Below are positions 21,024 through 29,402 of a stretch of 34,873 nucleotides of DNA, in pieces. The position numbers and the translations under genes are program-made. The first letter of the stretch is position 1, and every line of letters starts with the position of its first letter. Source of the stretch: Bacillota bacterium (GTDB taxonomy: Bacteria; Bacillota_I; Bacilli_A; RFN20; CAG-826). The notes below the pieces were generated by a model. The model had not been told where the DNA came from, searched no databases, and worked only from the letters and a program-made list of their open reading frames with translations. The stretch lies in contig JAEWLX010000026.1 of the NCBI GenBank assembly GCA_023457325.1, positions 1 to 34,873 of the forward strand. The letters run 5' to 3'.

Positions 21024-21518
21024 ATGGTCATTTTACCGACGATCAATCAAAAACGTTACGAGCGGAATATCGCTTTTTATAAAAAAGAGAGTATTTTGTC
21101 TCTTGCCACTTTTTTTGTATTGGAAGCGATATTAATTGCCTTAACCGTCCTGGGTTTTACGCTTTGCCCTCGTCTTGTCGCCGGCTTTGCCCTAACGCAT
21201 TTACTAATCTTTCCTTTTATTTATATTCATAATTTTAAAATTGTCATGGAAATAAGATATTTTGGGGTTAAACCTTCATTCTCTTTGGGGGCATTTTTGT
21301 TACACGTCTTATTATTACTCGCGATTGAGGGATGTCTTGTTTTTACATCCTTTATCTTTCTTGACCAAGCACCAACCTGGATGGGAGCAAGCGGCCTAGC
21401 TATTTCGATGGCTTTAGTGCTCCTTTTAATCATCGAAAGAAAAACATCCGCTGAGGTTCGCCTTCATATCGATTTCGATCGAGATTTATATAAGAACAAC
21501 ATTATCAAATTTAAATAA
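21024..21518 (+). CDS. Hypothetical polytopic membrane protein
   Basis: 164-aa ORF with about four hydrophobic helices and no recognisable family. No SD precedes ATG 21024. An in-frame TTG at 21096 preceded by AAGAGAG is an alternative start, so the 5' end is uncertain. Confidence 0.5.
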   Translation: MVILPTINQKRYERNIAFYKKESILSLATFFVLEAILIALTVLGFTLCPRLVAGFALTHLLIFPFIYIHNFKIVMEIRYFGVKPSFSLGAFLLHVLLLLAIEGCLVFTSFIFLDQAPTWMGASGLAISMALVLLLIIERKTSAEVRLHIDFDRDLYKNNIIKFK

Positions 21519-21523
21519 CTATT

Positions 21524-21551
21524 TTGTTTTCAAAATCCAGTAGTATACAAT
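21524..21551 (+). promoter_or_regulatory. Candidate promoter of the RDD-family gene
   Basis: TTGTTT (21524-21529), a 16-nt spacer, and TACAAT (21546-21551). Confidence 0.3.
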
Positions 21552-21585
21552 GGTTAAGGAAAAGCATCGCTTGCTTTAGCAAATT

Positions 21586-22803
21586 ATGGACAAAGAAATA
21601 AAAGTAACAAATATTATTCATTCGGGACCTGGCCGCCGTTCGGTAGCAGCACTTATCGATTTGGGAATTGTTGCCGCCGTTGGTTTAGGATTATTTTTTC
21701 TATTATCTTTCTACGTTTTTGAACCAATTAGCAAAGCTGTCCCAACTGTCGATTATGAAGGGTTTAATAACGCCGCTAAAGAAGTGATGGATATTCAAGT
21801 TGAAAGCGGCCTTTTTTACTATGACGAAGAAAAGGAAATGACTGATATATTCGATGATAAAACACAATTTCAGGATTACGATAGCATCATTCAAAATTAT
21901 TATTTTGTGTATTTGCAAACTCCTGATTTGATTCCGCTTGCCGATGCGCAAAAATTTACGCCATATTGGTATAACGTTTTCATTTATGGTTTACCTGATG
22001 AACAGAACTTATATCAAGTGAGCGAACTCAATGCCCGTTACGATATTGTCAAGAATACAGGCGCCACTTATTTTGAATATCAAATTGATGGTAGTGATAA
22101 CAAACTCTATGATCAATTAGCGGTTATCAAGAATTCTCACTATGTTAATCAAGACCCCAATAACGAACTCAGTGAAAGCGCATCCTTGGCCTTGTTAAAC
22201 TATTTTTATAACGGCAATCTAAACTACACAATTAGTGGTGTTGCTTCTATCTACGTTTTAACTATTGAAACCGACTTTGCTACTCGTGCCTTTTTTGCCG
22301 ATGTTTATGCTCACTATCGAGAACTTGCATATCAAGTTAGCATTTGGCAGACTCTTCTTCCAGAACTGACGGCCATTTTCATTGTCTCGATTCTCGCTTA
22401 TTTTGTAATGCCACTCATTTTTAAGAATGGTAAGACAGTCGGTAAGCTTGTTATGGGTATTGGTCTTGTCAACAAACTTGGTTACGATATTTCCATTCCC
22501 CAACTCATTATGCGTTTCTTCTTTCCGATGGTCGTGACAATTGGATTACTTATCATCGGGGGCACGGCTTTCGCAATTGGCATGGGATTATTTGTTTTGG
22601 TTTCGTACGCTTTAGTTATTTTTACTAAGGAACACAAGGCCATACACGATTACCTTGCGGGAACGGTCGCGATTGACGCGAAACGATCAGTTTGGTTTAA
22701 AAACGCAAATCAAGAGGCTGAATATACCGAAAAAATTAATCAAATGCCTCGCCTTGATATTGAAAAGCCACAGCCAGCAAATGACACTAATTTAGAAAAA
22801 TAA
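21586..22803 (+). CDS. RDD-family membrane protein with a large inserted extracytoplasmic region
   Basis: 405 aa. The N-terminus GRRSVAALIDLGIVAAVGLGLFF and the C-terminal KNGKTVGKLVMGIGLV ... AIHDYLAGTVAID match the conserved R / D / D arrangement of the RDD family. About 200 aa of non-hydrophobic sequence lies between the first helix and the remaining helices. Confidence 0.65.
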   Translation: MDKEIKVTNIIHSGPGRRSVAALIDLGIVAAVGLGLFFLLSFYVFEPISKAVPTVDYEGFNNAAKEVMDIQVESGLFYYDEEKEMTDIFDDKTQFQDYDSIIQNYYFVYLQTPDLIPLADAQKFTPYWYNVFIYGLPDEQNLYQVSELNARYDIVKNTGATYFEYQIDGSDNKLYDQLAVIKNSHYVNQDPNNELSESASLALLNYFYNGNLNYTISGVASIYVLTIETDFATRAFFADVYAHYRELAYQVSIWQTLLPELTAIFIVSILAYFVMPLIFKNGKTVGKLVMGIGLVNKLGYDISIPQLIMRFFFPMVVTIGLLIIGGTAFAIGMGLFVLVSYALVIFTKEHKAIHDYLAGTVAIDAKRSVWFKNANQEAEYTEKINQMPRLDIEKPQPANDTNLEK

Positions 22804-22827
22804 TCGGTTAATGCACCGATTTTTTTC
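22803..22827 (+). terminator. Rho-independent terminator after the RDD gene
   Basis: Stem ATCGGT / ACCGAT (22803-22808 / 22815-22820) with loop TAATGC, followed by TTTTTTT. Confidence 0.75.
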
Positions 22828-22927
22828 TTATCGACGTTCCTTTTGCTCGTATCTTGTTATGATTGTCGCGGCGAAAAAGAGGTAGTGATTAGGTCATTTT
22901 TTGCCCCCCTAATTAAATAATTAGTCC

Positions 22928-22957
22928 TTGTTTACAAATGCCTGTTTATGTTAATAT
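22928..22957 (+). promoter_or_regulatory. Candidate promoter of the ABC/nuclease operon
   Basis: TTGTTT (22928-22933), an 18-nt spacer, and extended -10 TGtTAATAT (22949-22957), 43 nt upstream of the ATPase ATG. Confidence 0.4.
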
Positions 22958-22999
22958 CAATTTAGATAAATACAGTAACCATCCTGTAGGAGGTCAATA

Positions 23000-24178
23000 A
23001 TGGAAGTAAGAATTGAAAATCTTACAAAAGCCTTCACAAGTCAGAAGGGACCAGAAGTTATTGCGGTCAACAACATGTCCTTCGTTATTCCAGACGGAAA
23101 ACTCGTTGGACTACTAGGCCCATCCGGTTGCGGAAAATCAACCACCCTTTACATGATTGCCGGTCTTCACAAACCGACAGAAGGCAAAATCTTTTTTGGA
23201 GATGAAGAAGTTACCAACGTTCCCCCGGAACATCGCGGTATCGGCCTTGTTTTCCAAAACTATGCGCTTTATCCACATTTCACTGTTCGACAAAACATTA
23301 CCTTTCCATTAGATAATGTCCGTCCCAAACTAACGAAACAAGATAAAGAAGCAATCGCACACGAAATGGCTCGCATTGTTGATATCGAACCATACCTTGA
23401 TCGTAAACCTAAAGAACTCTCCGGTGGACAACAGCAACGTGTTGCTATTGCCCGTGCTCTTTCTAAGAGACCGAAAGTTCTTTTACTTGATGAACCGCTT
23501 TCCAATCTCGACGCGCGCTTGAGACTACAAACACGCGAAGAAATTAAAAGAATTCAACGCGAAACTGGTATTACAACCGTTTTCGTCACTCACGACCAAG
23601 AAGAAGCGATGTCGATTTCAGACACAATCGTTGTCATGAAAGATGGCGTCGTTCAACAAATCGGCGAACCACAATATGTTTATGACGAACCACAAAATTT
23701 ATTTGTTGCCAAGTTCCTTGGATCCCCAGCAATTAATATTTTTGATGGCGAAATCAAAAACGGCGTTCTCTTTGTCGAAGGCGTTGAACTCGAAAAAAGC
23801 GATCTCTACAAAAAACCACATGTTCTTGTAGAAAAAATCGAATTGCCACGCGAATTAGACGAAAAAGGCAACCCAATCGGTGAACCAAAGTACGAGACAA
23901 AGACGACCGAAATTCACGATCGTCATGTCAAAGTTGGCATCAGACCTGAAGCCTTCCGTCTCAATCAGGAGAACGGCAAAATATCTGTTAAAAAACACTA
24001 CATTGAGCACATTGGTCGCGATATCTCGATCGTTGGAGAAATCGATGGTCAAAACGCCAGTCATGTCAAAGTTATTATTCCATCGGAATTAAGAGCAAAA
24101 GTTGTTGATAAGGAAGTATCAAATTTCGAACCGGCTCGCTTCTACGTTTTTGAAGAAAGCGGCGAGAGAATTAAGTAA
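23000..24178 (+). CDS. ABC transporter ATP-binding protein, MalK/UgpC/MsmK type
   Basis: 392 aa with AGGAGG upstream. Walker A GPSGCGKST, Q-loop VFQNYALYPH, signature LSGGQQQRVAIARAL, Walker B LLLDEPLSNLD, H-loop VTHDQ. The C-terminal regulatory/TOBE-like extension is typical of carbohydrate-uptake (CUT1) ATPases. Confidence 0.93.
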   Translation: MEVRIENLTKAFTSQKGPEVIAVNNMSFVIPDGKLVGLLGPSGCGKSTTLYMIAGLHKPTEGKIFFGDEEVTNVPPEHRGIGLVFQNYALYPHFTVRQNITFPLDNVRPKLTKQDKEAIAHEMARIVDIEPYLDRKPKELSGGQQQRVAIARALSKRPKVLLLDEPLSNLDARLRLQTREEIKRIQRETGITTVFVTHDQEEAMSISDTIVVMKDGVVQQIGEPQYVYDEPQNLFVAKFLGSPAINIFDGEIKNGVLFVEGVELEKSDLYKKPHVLVEKIELPRELDEKGNPIGEPKYETKTTEIHDRHVKVGIRPEAFRLNQENGKISVKKHYIEHIGRDISIVGEIDGQNASHVKVIIPSELRAKVVDKEVSNFEPARFYVFEESGERIK

Positions 24179-24200
24179 CCGGTTGGTAAAAGGTAACACA

Positions 24201-25262
24201 ATGACCGAGAAACCTAACCTAAACGAACAAAGTACCGAAGTCGAAGTGACTGAGAATTTGTCAATTGGCTCCTATGCCAGTGGCGAAACACTCCAGGTCG
24301 CGAAACCGACATGGTACATGCCGGAGTGGCTTAAGGCCCTAATTGCTTTAGTGCCCGCTCTTTTCTTCCTTATCATTTTTATGATTTACCCAATCATTAA
24401 CACTTTCCTTCTATCGTTCTTGGAGGATTTTAACTGGATTGGCGGATCAGGATCATCTTTTGCGATTATCAACTGGGCTTATTCGTTATCGCCTGATTTT
24501 CGCGGGAATCCTGCTTTCTGGTCATTTAATAACTATGTTAACGTTTTAAGTGATCCGGGCTTTACAAATTCATTGCTCAATACAGCAATAATGGTTATTG
24601 TTAGCGTTCCGCTTACAATCATCATCAGTTTGCTTTTGGCGGTTTGCTTAAACTCAATTAAGGTCCTACAAGGATTTTATCAAACCGTTTTCTTCCTTCC
24701 CTACGTAACAAACTCCATTGCTCTTGGCATGGTTTTTAATGTTATGTTCTCCAAAGGAGGGCCGATAAACAGTCTCCTCGGCTTCGATTTTAACTGGTTG
24801 TTAGCTGCCGCCGGTGCAACTCGCTGGTCGATGTTCTTTGTTGTTACCGTTTATTCAGTTTGGAATGGACTAGCCTTTAAGATTCTCGTCTTTATGTCTG
24901 GTCTTGCCACAATTGATAAACAATACTACGACGCAGCCCGAATTGATGGCGCTTCGAAAATGAAAATTTTCTCACGCATTACTGTCCCACTTTTGTCTCC
25001 GCAAATTCTTTATATTACTATCACCTCTTTCATCGGAGCTTTTAAAGCTTACACCTCTGTTATCGCCTTATTTGGTAATGGAGCATATGACTTTGGTGGC
25101 ACAGGCGGTAAAGAATGGATGACCGTTGTCGGTTATGTTTACATCATGATGCAGAGATCACAAATTGGACGTGCTGCTGCTGCATCCATTGTTCTTTTAA
25201 TCGTTATTTTGACAATTACATTAGTACAGACCCTCGTTTCTAAAAAACGGGTCCACTATTAG
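24201..25262 (+). CDS. ABC transporter permease (MalF/UgpA-like)
   Basis: The track ORF starts at 24102 inside the ATPase gene. ATG 24201 (MTEKPNL...) is the first start after the ATPase stop. It has multiple TM helices and an EAA loop (YYDAARIDGASKMKIFSRITVPLLSP). Confidence 0.88.
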   Translation: MTEKPNLNEQSTEVEVTENLSIGSYASGETLQVAKPTWYMPEWLKALIALVPALFFLIIFMIYPIINTFLLSFLEDFNWIGGSGSSFAIINWAYSLSPDFRGNPAFWSFNNYVNVLSDPGFTNSLLNTAIMVIVSVPLTIIISLLLAVCLNSIKVLQGFYQTVFFLPYVTNSIALGMVFNVMFSKGGPINSLLGFDFNWLLAAAGATRWSMFFVVTVYSVWNGLAFKILVFMSGLATIDKQYYDAARIDGASKMKIFSRITVPLLSPQILYITITSFIGAFKAYTSVIALFGNGAYDFGGTGGKEWMTVVGYVYIMMQRSQIGRAAAASIVLLIVILTITLVQTLVSKKRVHY

Positions 25263-25277
25263 GAAAGGAGCATAAAG

Positions 25278-26237
25278 ATGGCTGAACATGAGATTTACTT
25301 TACATCGCGTAAGCAAATGATGCTCTACAAGGGTCAAAAGATTTTTACCCAAGTACTCTTATATGCTTTCCTAACCCTATTTGGACTCTTCATCGTTTTC
25401 CCGTTCTTCTACATGGTAGTGACTTCAATGAAAAGTGAAATTCTCTATGATAGCGAGGCGGCAAGAAAACTTATTAGTTTAGTTCCCCAATTTGAAAGCG
25501 TTTATGGACTCAATGATCAAGGCAATTTCGTGCGGACTTGGCAATTATTTGACAATTATCGCATCGTTCTTGATTCATCGAATAACTTCTTTGTCTACTA
25601 TATGAATACGATTATCGTTTCGGTCGTTTCAACTGCCTTTACAGTTGTAACTGCTGTTTTAGCAGCCTTCGCGTTTGCTCGTTTAGAGTTTAAGGGCAAA
25701 AACCTTCTCTTCACGATTATTTTAGCGACGATGATGGTTCCGGGCGAAATGATGGTCATCACTAACTTCCAGACAGCGGCGACTTGGGGATGGCAGAATA
25801 CGTATGCAGCTTTGATATTTGTTCATGGCGTATCCGTCTTCTACATTTTCTATCTACGGCAAACCTTTCAACAAATTCCTAACGAGCTGTTCTTAGCTGC
25901 CAAAGTTGATGGCTATGGACATTTCCGTTACTTGTGGCGTGTTATGGTGCCGATTGGCATGCCGACGATTGTCACGATTATTATTCTCTCCTTAATGGGT
26001 TCGTGGAATGCCTTTATATGGCCAAACCTCATCGCCAGTGGTACGAACCCGACATTTGGTCATACGATGCGCTTGGTGTCCAATGGTCTTATGTCATTAT
26101 TCCAAGGCGAATACAGTTCTGAAGATACGATTAAGGTGGCAGCCTCAATGGTTATTACCCTTCCGCTCTTTGTCTTCTTCTTAATCTTCAGAAAATTTAT
26201 CATGCGCGGCGTTAGCCGTTCAGGTATCAAAGGTTAA
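25278..26237 (+). CDS. ABC transporter permease (MalG/UgpE-like)
   Basis: 319 aa with AAAGGAG upstream, six hydrophobic segments, and an EAA loop (LFLAAKVDGYGHFRYLWRVMVPIGMP). Confidence 0.9.
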   Translation: MAEHEIYFTSRKQMMLYKGQKIFTQVLLYAFLTLFGLFIVFPFFYMVVTSMKSEILYDSEAARKLISLVPQFESVYGLNDQGNFVRTWQLFDNYRIVLDSSNNFFVYYMNTIIVSVVSTAFTVVTAVLAAFAFARLEFKGKNLLFTIILATMMVPGEMMVITNFQTAATWGWQNTYAALIFVHGVSVFYIFYLRQTFQQIPNELFLAAKVDGYGHFRYLWRVMVPIGMPTIVTIIILSLMGSWNAFIWPNLIASGTNPTFGHTMRLVSNGLMSLFQGEYSSEDTIKVAASMVITLPLFVFFLIFRKFIMRGVSRSGIKG

Positions 26238-26283
26238 TGATTGCATTCAGCAATTAATAAAATTCTATGAAAGGAAAATCTAT

Positions 26284-27837
26284 ATGAAAAGATTTCTCAA
26301 AACAGTAACGATTGCATCAGCGACGGTTTTGTCTCTTGCAGTGTTAAGCGCTTGCGGACCCAAAAGCCGTGACTTCAATGTCGACATGACATTAGACACT
26401 CGTGGAGTGACGATTCAGTTCTGGACCGGCTTTGGTGCCGTAATTAATTCGACTCTTGAACCGATGCTTGAAGAGTTTACGGAAGAAACCGGTATTATTG
26501 TCGAATACGAATCAAAAGGTGGATACGATGCCTTACAACAAGCTATCAACCTTAGTGCGACATCTGAATCTTATCCTCACATCGCCAACGGGTATCCCGA
26601 TCACTTTGCCGGATATATCGCTAGCGATATTATTCTTCGTCTCGATGGTTTTATCGAAAATGACGATTTAATTCCTGCAACTCGCGACGATGGTGCCTTT
26701 AGCGAGTTACCAGCTTTTGACATTGATGACTTCTATCCGTCATACATGGTTGAAAACCAGAGCCTGGAATTCGACTCTAATGGCAATCCTTATACTTTGG
26801 GCATTCCGTTTAATAAGTCCACTGAAGTTGCGGTTGTCAATAAGACAGCCTTTGATCTTTTTGCTACACTTGATTCAACAATTAAAATTCCAGAAACATG
26901 GGATGAAGTTGCAACAATGAGCACCAAGATTAGAGCTCTTATGGCCAGCAAAGGCTATTACGGCAAAATCGTTGGTGACGACGCAAACGCTTATGCTGAC
27001 ACGGATTCTATGCCATCTGGTGTCAAACAATTAATTTCGTTTGCCGATGTCTCTGCTCAAAATTTCCGCGTTATGTCTTATGACTCACAGGCTAACTATT
27101 TCATCACCGGTGTTCGTCAATGGGGTGGAGCCTATACGGAAATGGATCCACAAACACGGAAGGGCTATGTTACTTTTAATAACGATGGCACCCGTAGTAT
27201 GATGACGAAAATGCGTGAGTTATTTGATGCCAACCACATCGGTATTCCTCAAACTTGGGAAGAAGCTCAATATAGTTCAAACCCATTTAAATTAGGACAA
27301 AGTTTAATGAATATTGGATCGAGCGGTGGTGTTATTAACGCTGTCCCGCAAGCCGATGCTTTTGCCGTTGAAGCTCATCCGATTCCTTATCATAGTGCTG
27401 ATAACAAATATGTTATTTCACAAGGCACAAACCTCGCCCTCTTTGATAAGGGCAGTGATGTCGAGAAAGTCGCAGCTTGGAAACTTCTTAAATACTTAAC
27501 TCAATATAAGAACGGCCAATTCGCTGCTGGTACCGGTTATTATCCAACTGGTGTCAGTTCTTTCGAATCCGAAGAATATCAAGATTATTACACAAACGTT
27601 TTTACTTCTTCTGGAGATAAATTAAAAGTCGGAGCAGCGAAAGTTAATTCGAATATTTACGATGGAGAAGGTTCAACCTGGAAAAAATTCGTTGATCCTG
27701 GTTTTGTTGGTTCAAGCTATATTCGTCAGGAAGTTAACTTTATTATGCCTGAACTATTTTATGGTAATCCTCGCAAAACAGTGCAACAAATCATTGACTA
27801 CTATTACAGTGTTTTTTCCGACTACGTTCGTAATTAA
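26284..27837 (+). CDS. Solute-binding lipoprotein (family-1 ABC substrate-binding protein), paralog A
   Basis: 517 aa with lipobox VLSAC. Its layout fits a family-1 sugar-type binding protein (IQFWTGFG..., ...YESKGGYDALQQAI..., GYPDHFAGY, GIPFNKSTEV). It sits directly after the two permeases. Confidence 0.82.
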   Translation: MKRFLKTVTIASATVLSLAVLSACGPKSRDFNVDMTLDTRGVTIQFWTGFGAVINSTLEPMLEEFTEETGIIVEYESKGGYDALQQAINLSATSESYPHIANGYPDHFAGYIASDIILRLDGFIENDDLIPATRDDGAFSELPAFDIDDFYPSYMVENQSLEFDSNGNPYTLGIPFNKSTEVAVVNKTAFDLFATLDSTIKIPETWDEVATMSTKIRALMASKGYYGKIVGDDANAYADTDSMPSGVKQLISFADVSAQNFRVMSYDSQANYFITGVRQWGGAYTEMDPQTRKGYVTFNNDGTRSMMTKMRELFDANHIGIPQTWEEAQYSSNPFKLGQSLMNIGSSGGVINAVPQADAFAVEAHPIPYHSADNKYVISQGTNLALFDKGSDVEKVAAWKLLKYLTQYKNGQFAAGTGYYPTGVSSFESEEYQDYYTNVFTSSGDKLKVGAAKVNSNIYDGEGSTWKKFVDPGFVGSSYIRQEVNFIMPELFYGNPRKTVQQIIDYYYSVFSDYVRN

Positions 27838-27855
27838 TTGAAAGGTGGTGTTTAT

Positions 27856-29391
27856 ATGAAACCACAAAAAATAGCTATTTTGCTTCCTTTAGCTGTAATG
27901 GCGATTGGAACTCTTGCAGGTTGCGATGGACCCCGCGTTGATCCTTATAGTGTTGACCTCTCGGTCGATATTTCTGGTGCTAAAATTAGCTTCTGGGGAC
28001 CCTTCGGTGCAGACAATAACGTCATTGTTGAAGAATTACTTGAAGAGTTTGAGGCGCAAACTGGTGTTGATGTCGCTTATGAAAGTAAGGGCAGTTATGA
28101 CCAATTAAAACAAGCGATTGACCTTTCAGCAACATCACGGACTTATCCGCACCTTGCTTTGGGTTATCCTGACCACTTTGCTGGTTATGTTAGAAGTAAT
28201 ATTATTGTTCGACTTGACTATTATTTTGAAAACGGCAACACCTACGATTACGGCGAATATGATGAAGCCGATCGCGGATTTGCCATTTCTGACTTTTATG
28301 AAGACTACATGGTCGAAAACCAAAGTATCGAAATGAAAAGCGCTACCGAAGGTTGGACGCTTGGCGTTCCTTTCAACAAATCAACAGAAATCATGACGAT
28401 TAATAAGACCTTCTTTGATTGGGCAGTGACTGTCAATCCTGAAATCACTGTTCCGACAACTTGGGAAGAAGTCGGTGTTGTTGGACCCAAAATTACCACC
28501 TTATTAACGCCCTTTTTCGGCAAGGTCATCGGAAGCGATAATCAGCCATATGCTGATGCGCAAGCTGCTCTCGATGCTGGCAAAACTGTTGTATTAGATA
28601 TGACTAATTCAACACCTGAATTGTTCCGCCCGTTATCTTATGATTCACAAGCTAACTTGTTTATTACTACCGTTCGCCAAAGTGGCGGAACCTATACTGA
28701 GGTTGATCATACGACGGGAAAAGGTTATTTAGCGTATAATTCGCAAGAGACGATAGATGGTCTACAAGTTTTACGCGATTTATTTGATGATCGCGTTCTT
28801 GGCGTTCCAAAACTATGGGAGGAATCAAAGTATTCATCTGGACCATTCAAAGATGTTATGGCCGTTATGGCCATTGGTTCGACCGCCGGTGTGCAAAACA
28901 ACGCGCCAGCTGGTAATAAGTTTAATCTAAGTGCCGCTCCTGTTCCCTTCTCGGATGCGAGCCGCAAATATGTTATCTCGCAAGGAACAAATCTTGCATT
29001 ACTTGATCGCGGAACCGAAAAGGAACGCGTTGCCGCTTGGAGGCTTCTTCAGTATTTATCAAAATATGCCAATGCTGAATTCGCCCAAAGAAGTGGTTAT
29101 TTCCCTTCTTGTGCTTATGCTGAAAATGATGAAGATTATCAAGATTTCTTGGCAAATCCCGGCTTTACGACTACCGAAAAAATTAAAGCTGAAGTCGCAA
29201 AAGTTAACAGTAATGTGTACATCGACGATTCACAGGACTGGATTAAGTTTGTCGATCCGCCATTTGTCGGCTCGGCATATGTTCGCAATGAGATTGCTGC
29301 AATTCCTGAAGCTCTCTTTTTCACGACCGCAACCATTCAAACGATTCTAAATAATTCCTACGCCAACATGCCTGAGTATGTTCGGCCGTAA
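27856..29391 (+). CDS. Solute-binding lipoprotein (family-1 ABC substrate-binding protein), paralog B
   Basis: The track ORF starts at TTG 27838. ATG 27856, after AAAGGTGGTG, gives MKPQKIAILL... with lipobox TLAGC. It is collinear with paralog A (YESKGSYDQLKQAIDLSATS..YPH.A.GYPDHFAGY, GVPFNKSTEI, KYVISQGTNLAL.D+G.). Confidence 0.82.
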   Translation: MKPQKIAILLPLAVMAIGTLAGCDGPRVDPYSVDLSVDISGAKISFWGPFGADNNVIVEELLEEFEAQTGVDVAYESKGSYDQLKQAIDLSATSRTYPHLALGYPDHFAGYVRSNIIVRLDYYFENGNTYDYGEYDEADRGFAISDFYEDYMVENQSIEMKSATEGWTLGVPFNKSTEIMTINKTFFDWAVTVNPEITVPTTWEEVGVVGPKITTLLTPFFGKVIGSDNQPYADAQAALDAGKTVVLDMTNSTPELFRPLSYDSQANLFITTVRQSGGTYTEVDHTTGKGYLAYNSQETIDGLQVLRDLFDDRVLGVPKLWEESKYSSGPFKDVMAVMAIGSTAGVQNNAPAGNKFNLSAAPVPFSDASRKYVISQGTNLALLDRGTEKERVAAWRLLQYLSKYANAEFAQRSGYFPSCAYAENDEDYQDFLANPGFTTTEKIKAEVAKVNSNVYIDDSQDWIKFVDPPFVGSAYVRNEIAAIPEALFFTTATIQTILNNSYANMPEYVRP

Positions 29392-29402
29392 TAAAGGAGG
29401 AA

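Noticed and set aside
21521-21536. ATTTTG-TTTT-CAAAAT hairpin after the 164-aa membrane protein gene
   Set aside because: The stem is an all-weak 6-bp A/T stem with no U-tract, and it overlaps the candidate -35 of the next gene. It is not a credible terminator.
24102-24200. 33-codon extension of the first permease overlapping the ATPase gene
   Set aside because: It lies out of frame inside the ATPase 3' end. ATG 24201 is the first start after the ATPase stop and gives a sensible cytoplasmic N-terminus.
27838-27855. TTG start for binding protein B, overlapping the stop of binding protein A
   Set aside because: The GGTGGTG SD lies inside this stretch and serves ATG 27856, which yields a normal lipoprotein signal peptide.
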